From: an uncultured candidatus Porisulfidus sp.
GTDB lineage: Bacteria; Pseudomonadota; Gammaproteobacteria; Poriferisulfidales; Poriferisulfidaceae
Assembly: GCA_965199755.1 (NCBI GenBank)
Contig: CBDASZ010000001.1
Location: 384,001-448,000, forward strand
DNA: 64,000 nucleotides
Direction: 5' to 3'
Made by a program: the position numbers and the translations under genes. The stretch's first letter is position 1; each line of letters starts with the position of its first letter. The notes under the pieces were generated by a model, which made no database searches, had not been told where the DNA came from, and worked only from the letters and a program-made list of their open reading frames with translations. Shown here piece by piece: positions 10,225-20,096 of this stretch.

Positions 10225-13065
10225 TCAGGCCGCCGTGTCGAAGGTTTTATCCCACAGGCTGCGCAGTCGCGCCCGTGCATCCTGCATTTCCTCATCCGCC
10301 ACCACCAGCGGGTGTTCCTGCAGGCTCAATTCGTGCAGGCGGTCGCGATACAGGAAGTAGCAGTCGCGCATAAACACCGCGGTTTCCGTATCCAGCAGCG
10401 CGGCCGCCTCCAGTTGCTCCAGAATCTGCACGGTCGCGGTCACGTCAAGGATTTTCGGGTGTTCGGCGGCGTGCATCAAGGTCTCGAACTGCACCAGAAA
10501 TTCCAGATCCGTGATGCCTCCGGGATCCGACTTGAGATTGAAGTATCCGGCCTTGGACGGGGCCGCATCGTACATTTTCTGGCGCATTCCGGTGAATTCC
10601 TGCTGCATCTCGCCGCGGTCACGGGGCACACGCAAAATCTGCGTGCGAATGGCCGTGCAGGCTTGCTGTATCGAGGGTTCACCGGCCACCGGGCGGGCCC
10701 GCACCAGCGCCTGATGCTCCCAGGTCCAGGCTTTCTCACGCAGGTATTTTTCGTAGTACTGCAGGCTGCACACAGTGAGGCCGTACTTGCCGGCGGGCCG
10801 CAGTTGCGGGTCCACTTCGTAGAGCACGCCGTCCGCGGTCAGGGTCTCCATGATATGAATGAAACGCTGCGTGACCCGTGTGAAGAAATACTCATTGTCG
10901 ACCGGCTTGTCGCCGTCGGTGCGTTGCTCCTCACCGTGGCTGTCATGGACAAACACCAGATCAAGGTCGGAGGTGTAGCCGAGTTCCAGACCGCCGAACT
11001 TGCCGTAGGCCAGTACCGCGCCATACGCCTCATGCGGCTCGCCGTCGTGTCTGTAGCATGGCCGGCCATGTCGGGCGATCTGTTCGCGTGTGGCCATCTC
11101 CCATGCGCAGCGTGTCACCGCCTCGGCAATCCAGGTCAACTCATCGCTGACATCGGAAATCGGTCGCACCCCCATGACATCGCAAACCGCGACGCGAAAC
11201 ATCTGCGCTTGGCGAAAGCGCCGCAGCACCTGCATCTCCAGTTCCAGATCCCCCTCAGTGTGGCGCATGGCGTAATCGAGTATCTGCTGCGCGGCGTGCT
11301 CATCAGGCTCGGCGAACAGCGCCTCCGCGTCCAGCAACTCGTCAACCAGATCCGGCGAGCGCAGCAGTTGCGTCAGCAACAGGGAACTGTTGCTGATGAT
11401 GCGCGTCAGCAACTCCAGTATCTTGAGGTTTTCCAGCAACATGGACAGATGACTGGGCTGATGCAGCAGCGTCTCAAGCAGTCGAAACAGGCGCGCGGCG
11501 GTGCTGTCGGGATCCTCCTGCGTACACGCCGCGTCAATCATATGAGGAATCAGGGCGAGAGTGAGGCGCTGCGTATCGTCGCTTTGCATGCGCCACAAGG
11601 CGTGGCTGAAAATGCCCCGCAGATGCTGCGCCGGCTGCTGTGGATTGCGCAGGCCCAGTTCGCGCAGGGCGTCACTCAGATCAACTTTCTCATCAGGCTG
11701 TGCCTCAATCGCGCGCAGCTGATGCTCCAGTGCCGCTTCCGCGGCGCGCGGTTGCGGGCTGTCTTGCGGCACGTGCATCAGTCGGGTGTATTCCTCATGC
11801 AGATACTCGCGGTGCGTGTTGAGGGCACCGACAAAGTCTTCCCAACTCTCGAAGCCCATCGCGAAGCGCAGACGCTCGCGGTGCAGTTCCTCTTCCGGCA
11901 GCAGATGTACCTGCTGGTCTTCCATCATCTGCACGGCATTTTCCACGCGGCGCAGAAACCGGTAGGCACCGCGCAACGGGTCGGCGTCTTCCGTAGGAAT
12001 CTTGTGCGCGCGCTCCAGAGCATCCAGCGCCTCATGCCAGCAACTCAACCGCAACTCCTCCTCGCGCCCGCCGAAAACCAACTGACTGGCCTGCACGATG
12101 AACTCTGCTTCCCGGATCCCGCCGGGACCATGCTTGAGGTCATCTTCGATGTTTTCGTGCTGGCTGTGCTGCGCGTGTTGCTCCATTTTGGTTTTCATCT
12201 CGCGCAATTCGTCCATCACGCGAAAATCCAGAAACTTGCGATAAATAAACGGCTGCAGCAGTGCCGTGAGTTCTTTCCCTTCAGGTGTGGGCGGGCCCAG
12301 CACCCGCGCCTTGAGCATGGCGTAGCGTTCCCATTCGCGACCATGGTGCTGGTAGTAGTTCTTTACTGAGGAGAACGGCAGCGCCAGTGCGCCGGAGGAG
12401 CCGAACGGCCGCAGCCGCATATCGACCCGAAACACAAAACCTTCAGCCGTGACATCATCCAGCGCCCGAATCAGACGCTGGCCCAGCAGAATGAAATACT
12501 CCTGGGCTTTTTCCCGATCAGAGGCCGGGTCGGGATAGCTGAAGATCAGATCAATGTCGGATGAGAAATTCAATTCGGCACCGCCGAGCTTCCCCATTCC
12601 CTGAATCTGCATGGGCACCGGCTCTCCGGCAGCGTCAAGCGGGGGATCTTTACGCATATGGTCGCGGTGCCAGTCGCGGGCGGCGAGCACGGCGGTATCC
12701 GCGAAGGCGGTCAGGTCGCGCAAGGTCTCCATCACGGATGCCTGTCCGTTGAGATCATGATGTGCGATGCGCATCATCTCGCGCGCCCGCGCGCGGCGCA
12801 GTTGCCGTGCGAAGTCGTTGGCGTCCTCGCAATCGTTCAGTTCCTGCGCTGGAAATCGGGCTTCAGGATCCTCCAGATACGAGGCTGTCAGGTCGGGATG
12901 GGTGCGCGCCAGCATGGCGCAAAACGGACTGACTGCGTACAGGCGCAGCAGCGCCTCGCGGTGTTCGTCAAACAGCGGTGAGGCCTGGGCCTCCTTGAGC
13001 GTGGTGAGCGCATCTTCCGCCTCGTCACGCAGCGCGTCAGGGAGGGCGAGGGCGGGAGGATTCAT
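10225..13065 (-). CDS. glnE: Glutamine synthetase adenylyltransferase
   Basis: Two nucleotidyltransferase motifs GKLGGAELNFSSDIDL and GKFGGLELGYTSDLDL. Confidence 0.96.
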   Translation of the reverse strand: MNPPALALPDALRDEAEDALTTLKEAQASPLFDEHREALLRLYAVSPFCAMLARTHPDLTASYLEDPEARFPAQELNDCEDANDFARQLRRARAREMMRIAHHDLNGQASVMETLRDLTAFADTAVLAARDWHRDHMRKDPPLDAAGEPVPMQIQGMGKLGGAELNFSSDIDLIFSYPDPASDREKAQEYFILLGQRLIRALDDVTAEGFVFRVDMRLRPFGSSGALALPFSSVKNYYQHHGREWERYAMLKARVLGPPTPEGKELTALLQPFIYRKFLDFRVMDELREMKTKMEQHAQHSQHENIEDDLKHGPGGIREAEFIVQASQLVFGGREEELRLSCWHEALDALERAHKIPTEDADPLRGAYRFLRRVENAVQMMEDQQVHLLPEEELHRERLRFAMGFESWEDFVGALNTHREYLHEEYTRLMHVPQDSPQPRAAEAALEHQLRAIEAQPDEKVDLSDALRELGLRNPQQPAQHLRGIFSHALWRMQSDDTQRLTLALIPHMIDAACTQEDPDSTAARLFRLLETLLHQPSHLSMLLENLKILELLTRIISNSSLLLTQLLRSPDLVDELLDAEALFAEPDEHAAQQILDYAMRHTEGDLELEMQVLRRFRQAQMFRVAVCDVMGVRPISDVSDELTWIAEAVTRCAWEMATREQIARHGRPCYRHDGEPHEAYGAVLAYGKFGGLELGYTSDLDLVFVHDSHGEEQRTDGDKPVDNEYFFTRVTQRFIHIMETLTADGVLYEVDPQLRPAGKYGLTVCSLQYYEKYLREKAWTWEHQALVRARPVAGEPSIQQACTAIRTQILRVPRDRGEMQQEFTGMRQKMYDAAPSKAGYFNLKSDPGGITDLEFLVQFETLMHAAEHPKILDVTATVQILEQLEAAALLDTETAVFMRDCYFLYRDRLHELSLQEHPLVVADEEMQDARARLRSLWDKTFDTAA

Positions 13066-13131
13066 GCGCGGGACGTTGCTTATCGGTTACAGTATGTGTC
13101 TTGCCAAATTATATTGATAGGAGGGTTTTCT

Positions 13132-13482
13132 ATGGCAATGCGACACTTTCAAGGCGCACGCGGACAAGATATCGCTTCCTTGGGGCTTGAGGACATCAAG
13201 GCTTATCTCTCGGATGTGGCCATGTCCAACAGCGAACAGGCACCGATCACAGCCGGGTTCTTTCGAATGGAGGCTGGCGCGCCTCTCGAATACACCTACA
13301 GTTACGACGAATGCAAGTTGATGCTGGAGGGAGAGATGACCTTGACTGATAAAGACGGCGCGACCGTTACGCTGCAGCCCGGAGATGTGGTGTTCTTTGA
13401 CGTCGGCACGACGATCACGTTTTCTTCGGCGTCATCCGGCACTGCCTTTTATGTCGGACAGCGCAAGGAAGGAGTGCTGTAA
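13132..13482 (+). CDS. Cupin, EutQ/DUF861-like
   Basis: YTYSYDECKLMLEGEM, PGDVVFF; GGAGG RBS. Confidence 0.8.
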   Translation: MAMRHFQGARGQDIASLGLEDIKAYLSDVAMSNSEQAPITAGFFRMEAGAPLEYTYSYDECKLMLEGEMTLTDKDGATVTLQPGDVVFFDVGTTITFSSASSGTAFYVGQRKEGVL

Positions 13483-13486
13483 GACC

Positions 13487-14176
13487 TCAGTTCTCGAGCG
13501 GGCCGCTCGTGTAGTCGGTGAGTTCAAGGCGAACTTTCTCCGAGCTTTCTTCCATACGCAGGGTCTTGACCATCCAGAAGTCCCGCTGCGGGTCATGCCA
13601 GGTATAGATGCGCGTGTCGCGGGCATCGCCGCGACGGCGTTCGACCTTCCAGACGCTGCGCGCCTCACCGTCGACTTCCAGCGTGTCCGGTTCCGGCGGA
13701 CGGTATCGGTAGACTTGCAGTTTGCCTTGTGACAGCACGCTGTAGTTTGGCGCGATGTTGGGCAGATCGCGCAACAGGAGCATGGCCATGGAGACCGGAT
13801 CCTGTATGCCCTCGGACAGTGCGCGCGTGACCTGCTCGGTGTGGGTGGTCACCACGACCTTGCCATGCGCCCAATCGTAAACATATTTGTAGGATTTTTC
13901 ACGCCCGGTGTCGTGATAGAAGTACTCCAGCGGACGCAGGTCTTCCTTGTCGACCGTGCCGCGCTCAATGATGACCCCTTGGCCGAACACCCTCGCAAGC
14001 AGGCCCGGAGTGGCCTTGGCTTCGTAATAAATTCGCGCTGTCTCACGTGACACGGTGACAGTGACGGTGCCCGCCGGCGCGCCCCGGTAGTACAGATCGT
14101 AATCGGCCTGTATGTGCGCTTCGAGCGCGGATGCGCCACTGCTGAGCGCGAGCAGAAACAGGCTAATCCAGCGCAT
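13487..14176 (-). CDS. DUF3108 exported protein
   Basis: Signal peptide, QDPVS motif, conserved position after purN. Confidence 0.8.
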   Translation of the reverse strand: MRWISLFLLALSSGASALEAHIQADYDLYYRGAPAGTVTVTVSRETARIYYEAKATPGLLARVFGQGVIIERGTVDKEDLRPLEYFYHDTGREKSYKYVYDWAHGKVVVTTHTEQVTRALSEGIQDPVSMAMLLLRDLPNIAPNYSVLSQGKLQVYRYRPPEPDTLEVDGEARSVWKVERRRGDARDTRIYTWHDPQRDFWMVKTLRMEESSEKVRLELTDYTSGPLEN

Positions 14177-14792
14177 GAATCACCGGTTCATCGAGAGGTT
14201 TGCCGTGCAGCCAGACGGTGTTTTCAGACAACAGCAATTCGCCGCGGCAAAACCAGTCCACAACAAGGGGATAAACCTGATGCTCCCGCTCCAGCACCCG
14301 CGCTGCCAGACTGTTTTCGTCATCTTCCGGCAGCACCGGCACCCGCGCCTGAATAATTCGCGGCCCGCTGTCGAGTTGCTCGGTGGCGAAATGCACCGTG
14401 CAGCCATGTTCGGCGTCGCCGGCCTCAAGCGCACGCTGGTGGGGGTGCAAGCCCTGATGACGAGGCAGCAGCGACGGGTGAATGTTGAGGATCAGCCCCG
14501 CGTAAGGCGCGGTCACCGTGTCGGACAGGATGTGCATGTAGCCCGCCATGCAGACTAGTGCGATGTCCCATGTTTGCAGAATTTCCAGAATCTGCTCGTC
14601 GCGCGTTTTCGCCTTCGCGCACACATAGGTCTCCACACCGGCGTCGCGCGCGTAATCCAGCGCCGCGGCCTGCGCTGAGGAACTGATCACGCAGCGGACG
14701 TAGCCGTCGATGCGGCCGTCGCGCTCAGCCTCCATCAGCGCGCGCATATTGCTGCCGCGCCCGGACACCAGAATGGCAATGGGCAGGCTCAC
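14163..14792 (-). CDS. purN: Phosphoribosylglycinamide formyltransferase
   Basis: SGRGSN, NIHPSLLP, HGCTVHF. Confidence 0.97.
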   Translation of the reverse strand: MSLPIAILVSGRGSNMRALMEAERDGRIDGYVRCVISSSAQAAALDYARDAGVETYVCAKAKTRDEQILEILQTWDIALVCMAGYMHILSDTVTAPYAGLILNIHPSLLPRHQGLHPHQRALEAGDAEHGCTVHFATEQLDSGPRIIQARVPVLPEDDENSLAARVLEREHQVYPLVVDWFCRGELLLSENTVWLHGKPLDEPVIHALD

Positions 14793-15847
14793 GGCGCATC
14801 CTGATAGCGGAGGCGTTCTGCACCATCCTGCGCGATGACGCGACCGATGATCCGGGCACCGATGGCGGTCGCTTCGACCTGCGCGATGATATGCTCGGCG
14901 TCTGTCTCACGCGCCAGCAGCACCATGCCGATGCCGCAGTTGTACACTTGACGCATTTCCTCCTCAGTGACCTTCCCCTGAGTCTGAATCCAGTTGAAAA
15001 TTTCCGGGCGCTCCCAACTGTCCATGTCAATCTCGCCACCCAGCCCGTCGGGCAAGACGCGCGGCACATTGTCTGTCAGTCCACCGCCGGTGATATGCGC
15101 CATGCCGAGCAACTTCCCGGCCTCCAGCAGCGCGCGCACGTGAGGTTCATAAATCCGCGTCGGCGTAAGCAGCGTGTTGAGGCGCGCCTCATCCACCGCC
15201 TCAGAATCGCGGTCGAGAATGGCGTTGATCAACGAGAAGCCGTTGGCGTGCACACCGCTGGAGTCCAGACCAATCAGATAGTCTCCTTCGGCAATATCCG
15301 CGGCGGGCAGCAGGCGCGCGCGTTCCGCGATGCCGACACAAAAACCCGCCAGATCGTAATCACCCTCGGCATACAGTCCCGGCATTTCGGCGGTCTCGCC
15401 GCCGAGCAGGGCGCAGCCGGCCTCAGTGCAGCCCTGCGCGATGCCGCGTACCACGGCTTCGGCCTCGTCCACGTTTAGACGGCTGCAGGCGTAGTAGTCC
15501 AGAAACAGCAGTGCACGCGCCCCCTGAGTCAGGATGTCATTCGCGCACATCGCGACCAGATCCACGCCGATGGTGTCGCAACGATCAAGCCGGCGCGTCA
15601 GGCGCAATTTGGTGCCAACGCCGTCGGTGCCGCACACCAGTACTGGTTCCTGATAGCCTGTGGGAAGTTGGTACAGTCCGCCGAAGCCGCCGAGTCCGCT
15701 CAGCACCTGGGCGTTACAGGTACGCCGCGCCAGCGCGCTGATGCGTTGTACCAGTTGTTCTCCGGCGTCAATGTCAACACCGGCTTCGCGATAGCGCGAC
15801 TCAGAGGAGGGGGGCTGGGGCATGAGGGGCGCGACAGTCAGGCTCAT
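14789..15847 (-). CDS. purM: Phosphoribosylformylglycinamidine cyclo-ligase
   Basis: YREAGVDI, DGVGTKL, GGETAEMPG, HITGGGL. Confidence 0.97.
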   Translation of the reverse strand: MSLTVAPLMPQPPSSESRYREAGVDIDAGEQLVQRISALARRTCNAQVLSGLGGFGGLYQLPTGYQEPVLVCGTDGVGTKLRLTRRLDRCDTIGVDLVAMCANDILTQGARALLFLDYYACSRLNVDEAEAVVRGIAQGCTEAGCALLGGETAEMPGLYAEGDYDLAGFCVGIAERARLLPAADIAEGDYLIGLDSSGVHANGFSLINAILDRDSEAVDEARLNTLLTPTRIYEPHVRALLEAGKLLGMAHITGGGLTDNVPRVLPDGLGGEIDMDSWERPEIFNWIQTQGKVTEEEMRQVYNCGIGMVLLARETDAEHIIAQVEATAIGARIIGRVIAQDGAERLRYQDAP

Positions 15848-15876
15848 TATAAAATGTGCCGGCTTCCCAAGTATTC

Positions 15877-16428
15877 ATGGTTGCGCAAATCCCGAATTTG
15901 TTAAGTGCGCTGCGGCTGCTGCTGGTGCCGTGGTTCGCCATGCTGTTGCTGGAGCGGCAGTTTGATTTGGCGCTGTTGCTGTTTGCGCTGATGGGGATCT
16001 CTGATGGTCTGGACGGTTATCTGGCGCGCCGGTTCAATGCGATCAGCCAGTTCGGCGCGCGGATCGACCCGCTGGCCGACAAGGTGCTGTTGATCGCCTC
16101 CTTCGTGATTCTGGGCCATATCAATTTACTGGAGGCTTGGCTGGTGCTGTTGGTGGTCGGTCGCGATGTGCTCATCGTGGGCGGTGCGCTGGCGGGACAC
16201 TTGTTCTTTCCGGCTCGCGAGTTGACGGTGCTCAAAATCGGCAAGCTCAACACCTTCGCGCAGATCGTATTGGTGCTGCTGGTGCTGCTTGGTCAATTGT
16301 GGCCGCTGCCGATGCTCTGGCTGGAGGGAATGATCTGGGGAGTGGTGGTGACCACGGTGGCGAGCGCGCTGTGGTACGGACAAGCGTGGATTCGGGTGTT
16401 GCGGCACCATGCCGAGGCGCGGCCGTGA
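15877..16428 (+). CDS. CDP-alcohol phosphatidyltransferase
   Basis: PNLLS, DGLDGYLAR...G..DPLADK signature. Confidence 0.93.
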   Translation: MVAQIPNLLSALRLLLVPWFAMLLLERQFDLALLLFALMGISDGLDGYLARRFNAISQFGARIDPLADKVLLIASFVILGHINLLEAWLVLLVVGRDVLIVGGALAGHLFFPARELTVLKIGKLNTFAQIVLVLLVLLGQLWPLPMLWLEGMIWGVVVTTVASALWYGQAWIRVLRHHAEARP

Positions 16429-17123
16429 GCCAACTGAGCCTGTTTCGGCCCAATCCCCGGCACACGTTTGACAGTTTCTACAGCCCTACAGGGTCACCGG
16501 CGTCTTCGGTACTGACCGCATCAGAAGAACGCGCCTGCCAACTCTGGGTGCACGGCCCGTCAGGCTGCGGCAAAACCCACCTGCTGCAAGCCGTGTGCCA
16601 GCGCGCTGAACAACACGGCCATGCGGCCGCCTACGTGCCACTGTCGCAGTTGCGCGAACTGGGTCCGTCAGCGTTGCAAGGTCTGGAGCAGTGCCAGTGG
16701 ATCTGTCTGGACGAGGTCACCGAAGTGTTGTGTGATGCGGTCTGGGAACAGGCGTTGTTCGCGCTGTTCAATCAGGCGCACGATCATGGCACCCGACTGT
16801 TGTTTGCGGCGCAGGTGCCGCCGTTGCAGACGCAATCGGCGCTACCGGATCTGGCATCAAGACTGCGCGGCATGCTGACCGTGGCGCTGGGCTTGCTCGA
16901 TGATGAGCAGCAGATTGCCGCGCTGCAGTTGCGGGCGCGGCAGCAGGGCTATGAATTATCCGCCGAGGTGGTGCGTTATCTGCAGCGCCACCGCACGCGC
17001 GGGATGGCTGAGCTGAGCGTGTTGTGGGATTGTCTGGAGGCGCAGGCGACCGCCGCGCAACGCCGGATCACCATTCCGCTGGTGCGGAAGTTTTTCGAGC
17101 AGGATGCGCAGCCGGAAGGCTGA
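16425..17123 (+). CDS. hda: DnaA regulatory inactivator Hda
   Basis: N-terminal clamp motif QLSLF (GTG at 16425), GCGKTHLLQA, LPDLASRL. Confidence 0.92.
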   Translation: MSQLSLFRPNPRHTFDSFYSPTGSPASSVLTASEERACQLWVHGPSGCGKTHLLQAVCQRAEQHGHAAAYVPLSQLRELGPSALQGLEQCQWICLDEVTEVLCDAVWEQALFALFNQAHDHGTRLLFAAQVPPLQTQSALPDLASRLRGMLTVALGLLDDEQQIAALQLRARQQGYELSAEVVRYLQRHRTRGMAELSVLWDCLEAQATAAQRRITIPLVRKFFEQDAQPEG

Positions 17124-17127
17124 AGGC

Positions 17128-17385
17128 TTACAAGGATAGCGAGACGGCCAGATACCAGTATTGCCCCAGCACATCATAGGAACAAGGGGAAGGTATTGCC
17201 GTTGCCTCCGTTGAAAGGTTCGGCGACGCTCGCCGGCCATGGGCGGCTCCTTGTCGAGGAAGTTGTTGACACCGAGGCGGATTTTTGATTCGTCGCTGAT
17301 AGCCAGCGCCAGGTCCAGATAGTTGCGCTCATTCAACTGCACCACGCTGCGCGCCCCCCAAGTGTTGATGTGTGTCCGGTTGAAT
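17128..17385 (-). pseudogene. Frameshifted C-terminal remnant of a TonB-dependent receptor
   Basis: YLDLA..RLGVNNFLDKEPP, then in other frames GNGNTFP and YDVLGQYWYLAVSLSL-stop. Confidence 0.75.
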
Positions 17386-17477
17386 AGTCAGAGTAGCGGT
17401 AGGAGAGGCCCATCGACCATTCCTGCAAATTTCACCCAAAAGTTTCTCCTTAAATTCCCAGATCAGGACTTTCGCCT

Positions 17478-18854
17478 TCAGTTCAGAAACCGGTTGATCC
17501 ACTCGACATCTTCGGTGCCGAGCTGACCGGAGGCGTGGCGCAGGTGCAGCGTGTCCATCAGATAGTCGTATCGAGCCTGCAGCAGGTCGCGTTCGGCGGC
17601 ATACAGGCGACTGGCGGCGTCCACCACATCCACCGTATCGCGGGTGCCGGCATCCAGTCCGGCCTGATTGGCCTGCAGGTTGGTTTGCGCCGAGTCCCAG
17701 GCCCGTTCAAACGCGCGAATGCGCGCCACACCCAGCGTCACGCTGCGGTAGGCGGTACGCGCCAGTTGCTCCGTCTCGCGCCGTGAGTTCAGCAGTTCGG
17801 CGGCGGCCGCTTCGCGATCAAACGCCGCCTGTTCGGTGCGATAGTAGGTCTCACCGCCGCGAAACAAAGGCACTTCCAGACGCAATTCAATTTGTTCGGA
17901 GTTGAGGCGGCTCCCGCGCCCGTTGGAGACCAGACCACCGGTGTCTTTAGTGTCAGTCCAGTTGGCGTCCAGTTTCAGGCTTGGCCAATGCTTGGAGCGT
18001 TCGTAATCCACCGAATGCTCCGCCATTTCAAATTCGCGGCGATGAATCAGATGCTCCAGATTGTGTTCCAGCGCCGTAGTCGCCCACTGATCAATGTCGG
18101 CGGGCTCCGGCAGCACCGGACTCAGATCCTCTGACAACGCGGCTAGCAGACGGTGCGGGTGTCCGGTGATGACGGCGAGGGCGGCCAGACGATCTTCCCG
18201 CAGATTGTCCGCTTCGATTTCCCGCGCCACCGCCAGATCGTAGGAGGCTTGCGTTTGCTTGACTTCGACAATGTCGGCCAGACCCACCTCAAAGCGTACT
18301 TCAGCCTGTTTCAGTTGCAATGCAATGGCGGCCTTTTCCTGCGCGGAAGAGCGCTTCAGATCCTGCGCTGCCAGAATGTCGAAATATGCCTGCGCCAGAC
18401 GAATGATCAGACGCTGGCGAACTGCTTCGCGCTGCGCCAGCGCACGCGCTTCGTTGGTACCGGCGCTTTCCAGTGCGACCCACAACTCATGTAGGTAGAG
18501 GTTCTGGGAGATTTTGAGCAGATTCACCTTGCTGGTGTAGCGATCCTGATTCTGCAGCCGGACCAGATTGGATTCGCCGAACAGATGCTGCCGCGTCTCG
18601 GCCAGGTTGTATTCATAGGTGATGCTTGGCATCAGGTCAGCGCGGGTGATGCCGGTTCTCATGCGGGCACTTTGATAGCGGGCTTCCGCGGCCTGCAGGT
18701 CGGGATTGTTTTTGTGCGCAAGCAGATAGACGTGCAGCAGATCCTCGTGCTTCTGCGCCGCCCCTCGCTCTGGCATGGACGGAGCGTCCGCAAGCAGTGG
18801 GACGCTGCAGGCGGCGAGGCCAAGAAAAACAACAAGACGCGGGATTGGGGGCAT
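17478..18854 (-). CDS. tolC: TolC-family outer membrane channel
   Basis: Signal peptide, OEP repeats (RFEVGL, PLFRGG, AGTRDTVDV, ARYDY). Confidence 0.88.
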   Translation of the reverse strand: MPPIPRLVVFLGLAACSVPLLADAPSMPERGAAQKHEDLLHVYLLAHKNNPDLQAAEARYQSARMRTGITRADLMPSITYEYNLAETRQHLFGESNLVRLQNQDRYTSKVNLLKISQNLYLHELWVALESAGTNEARALAQREAVRQRLIIRLAQAYFDILAAQDLKRSSAQEKAAIALQLKQAEVRFEVGLADIVEVKQTQASYDLAVAREIEADNLREDRLAALAVITGHPHRLLAALSEDLSPVLPEPADIDQWATTALEHNLEHLIHRREFEMAEHSVDYERSKHWPSLKLDANWTDTKDTGGLVSNGRGSRLNSEQIELRLEVPLFRGGETYYRTEQAAFDREAAAAELLNSRRETEQLARTAYRSVTLGVARIRAFERAWDSAQTNLQANQAGLDAGTRDTVDVVDAASRLYAAERDLLQARYDYLMDTLHLRHASGQLGTEDVEWINRFLN

Positions 18855-18973
18855 GGTTTGCGGGTGGTGATGCGTGCCTTTCAGGTACGATTCCCCGAAA
18901 ATGGTGATAACATTATTTTATGCCTTTGGGAATGTGACAAAATTCAATTCAGATGCGCAGTCTCTGATCCCGC

Positions 18974-19996
18974 ATGAAAGTCTATTTCGAGAAACTGGAT
19001 GAGCACCTGGAAGGGGCGCTGGCCCCCATCTATGTGGTGAGCGGAGACGAGCCGATCCAGATCCGTGATGCGTGCAAGAAAATTCGCCAGCGCGCCATGC
19101 GAGAAGGCTTTGATCGCCGCGAACTCCGGGTTCTGGAGCGCGGCTTTGACTGGGATGCTTTATTGACCTTGTGCGGGCCGTCGCTGTTTGGAGAACAGCC
19201 CATGTTGGACTTGCGTCTGCTGAGCGGCAAACTCGACGCCCCCGCCAAAACGCAGTTGAAGGAGTGGTGCGCGATGCCCCCGTCGGGCAGCCTGCTAGTG
19301 CTGCAGATGCCGCGTCTTGACAATCGTGCGCTAAATGAGGCTTGGGCCAGCGCGGTGGACAAGGTGGGCGTGATCGTGCGCATCATGCCGCTGGATGAAC
19401 GCGACACGCGGCGCTGGCTGAGCCGCATATTGAGTGATCGGCAATTGCAGTTGGGTGAGGCGGAACTGGCGTATTTTCTGGAGCATGTGGAGGGCAATCT
19501 TCTGGCAGCCGAGCAGGAAGCGGACAAGTTGCACATTCTGGCCGGCCCCGGTGTCGTGCCGATGGCGCGCCTGGAGGAATTACTGGGTCGGGATGCGCGC
19601 TATGCTGGCTCCGACTTGGCTTTGGCCATGTTGCAGGGACGCACGCGGCGCATTGTGGAGGTGGCGCGCAACCTGCGCGATGAAGGCGTCGAGCCAATGG
19701 CTGTGCATGGGATGTTGTTGCGCGAGTTGCGCCAGTTGCTGAATCTGAAACGTGAGCCGAAAGCGGTGGAGCGGGTGTTTCCGTTTTCCCGCCGGGATGT
19801 ATTGCGCCGGGTTATGGAGAGCCATAGCGAATCCCAGTTGCGTAATGTTCTGTATCGGTTTGTGCGCATGGAACGGATCTTGAAAGGTAACAGTTGGGAG
19901 GTGCCCTGGGAGGCATTGCAGAATGCCTGTCTGGCGTTTTCCGGCAAGGATCGCCTGACTCCCAAAGGAGGTTTTGCGCTGCGCGCACCGCGTTAG
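18974..19996 (+). CDS. holA: DNA polymerase III delta subunit
   Basis: LAPIYVVSGDEP, SLFG, VEGNLLAAEQE. Confidence 0.9.
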   Translation: MKVYFEKLDEHLEGALAPIYVVSGDEPIQIRDACKKIRQRAMREGFDRRELRVLERGFDWDALLTLCGPSLFGEQPMLDLRLLSGKLDAPAKTQLKEWCAMPPSGSLLVLQMPRLDNRALNEAWASAVDKVGVIVRIMPLDERDTRRWLSRILSDRQLQLGEAELAYFLEHVEGNLLAAEQEADKLHILAGPGVVPMARLEELLGRDARYAGSDLALAMLQGRTRRIVEVARNLRDEGVEPMAVHGMLLRELRQLLNLKREPKAVERVFPFSRRDVLRRVMESHSESQLRNVLYRFVRMERILKGNSWEVPWEALQNACLAFSGKDRLTPKGGFALRAPR

Positions 19997-20096
19997 GCAT
20001 AGGGCGGAGAAAGTATAATTTGTGCTGAATCCCCTCGCACACGGGGATCTTCCTGAAGTGCACGCACTTTGAGGGATCACCGCAGGTCGCACAGTT

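Noticed and set aside
10222-12369. 715-aa plus-strand ORF
   Set aside because: Antisense shadow of glnE, expected in GC-rich DNA; no recognisable motifs
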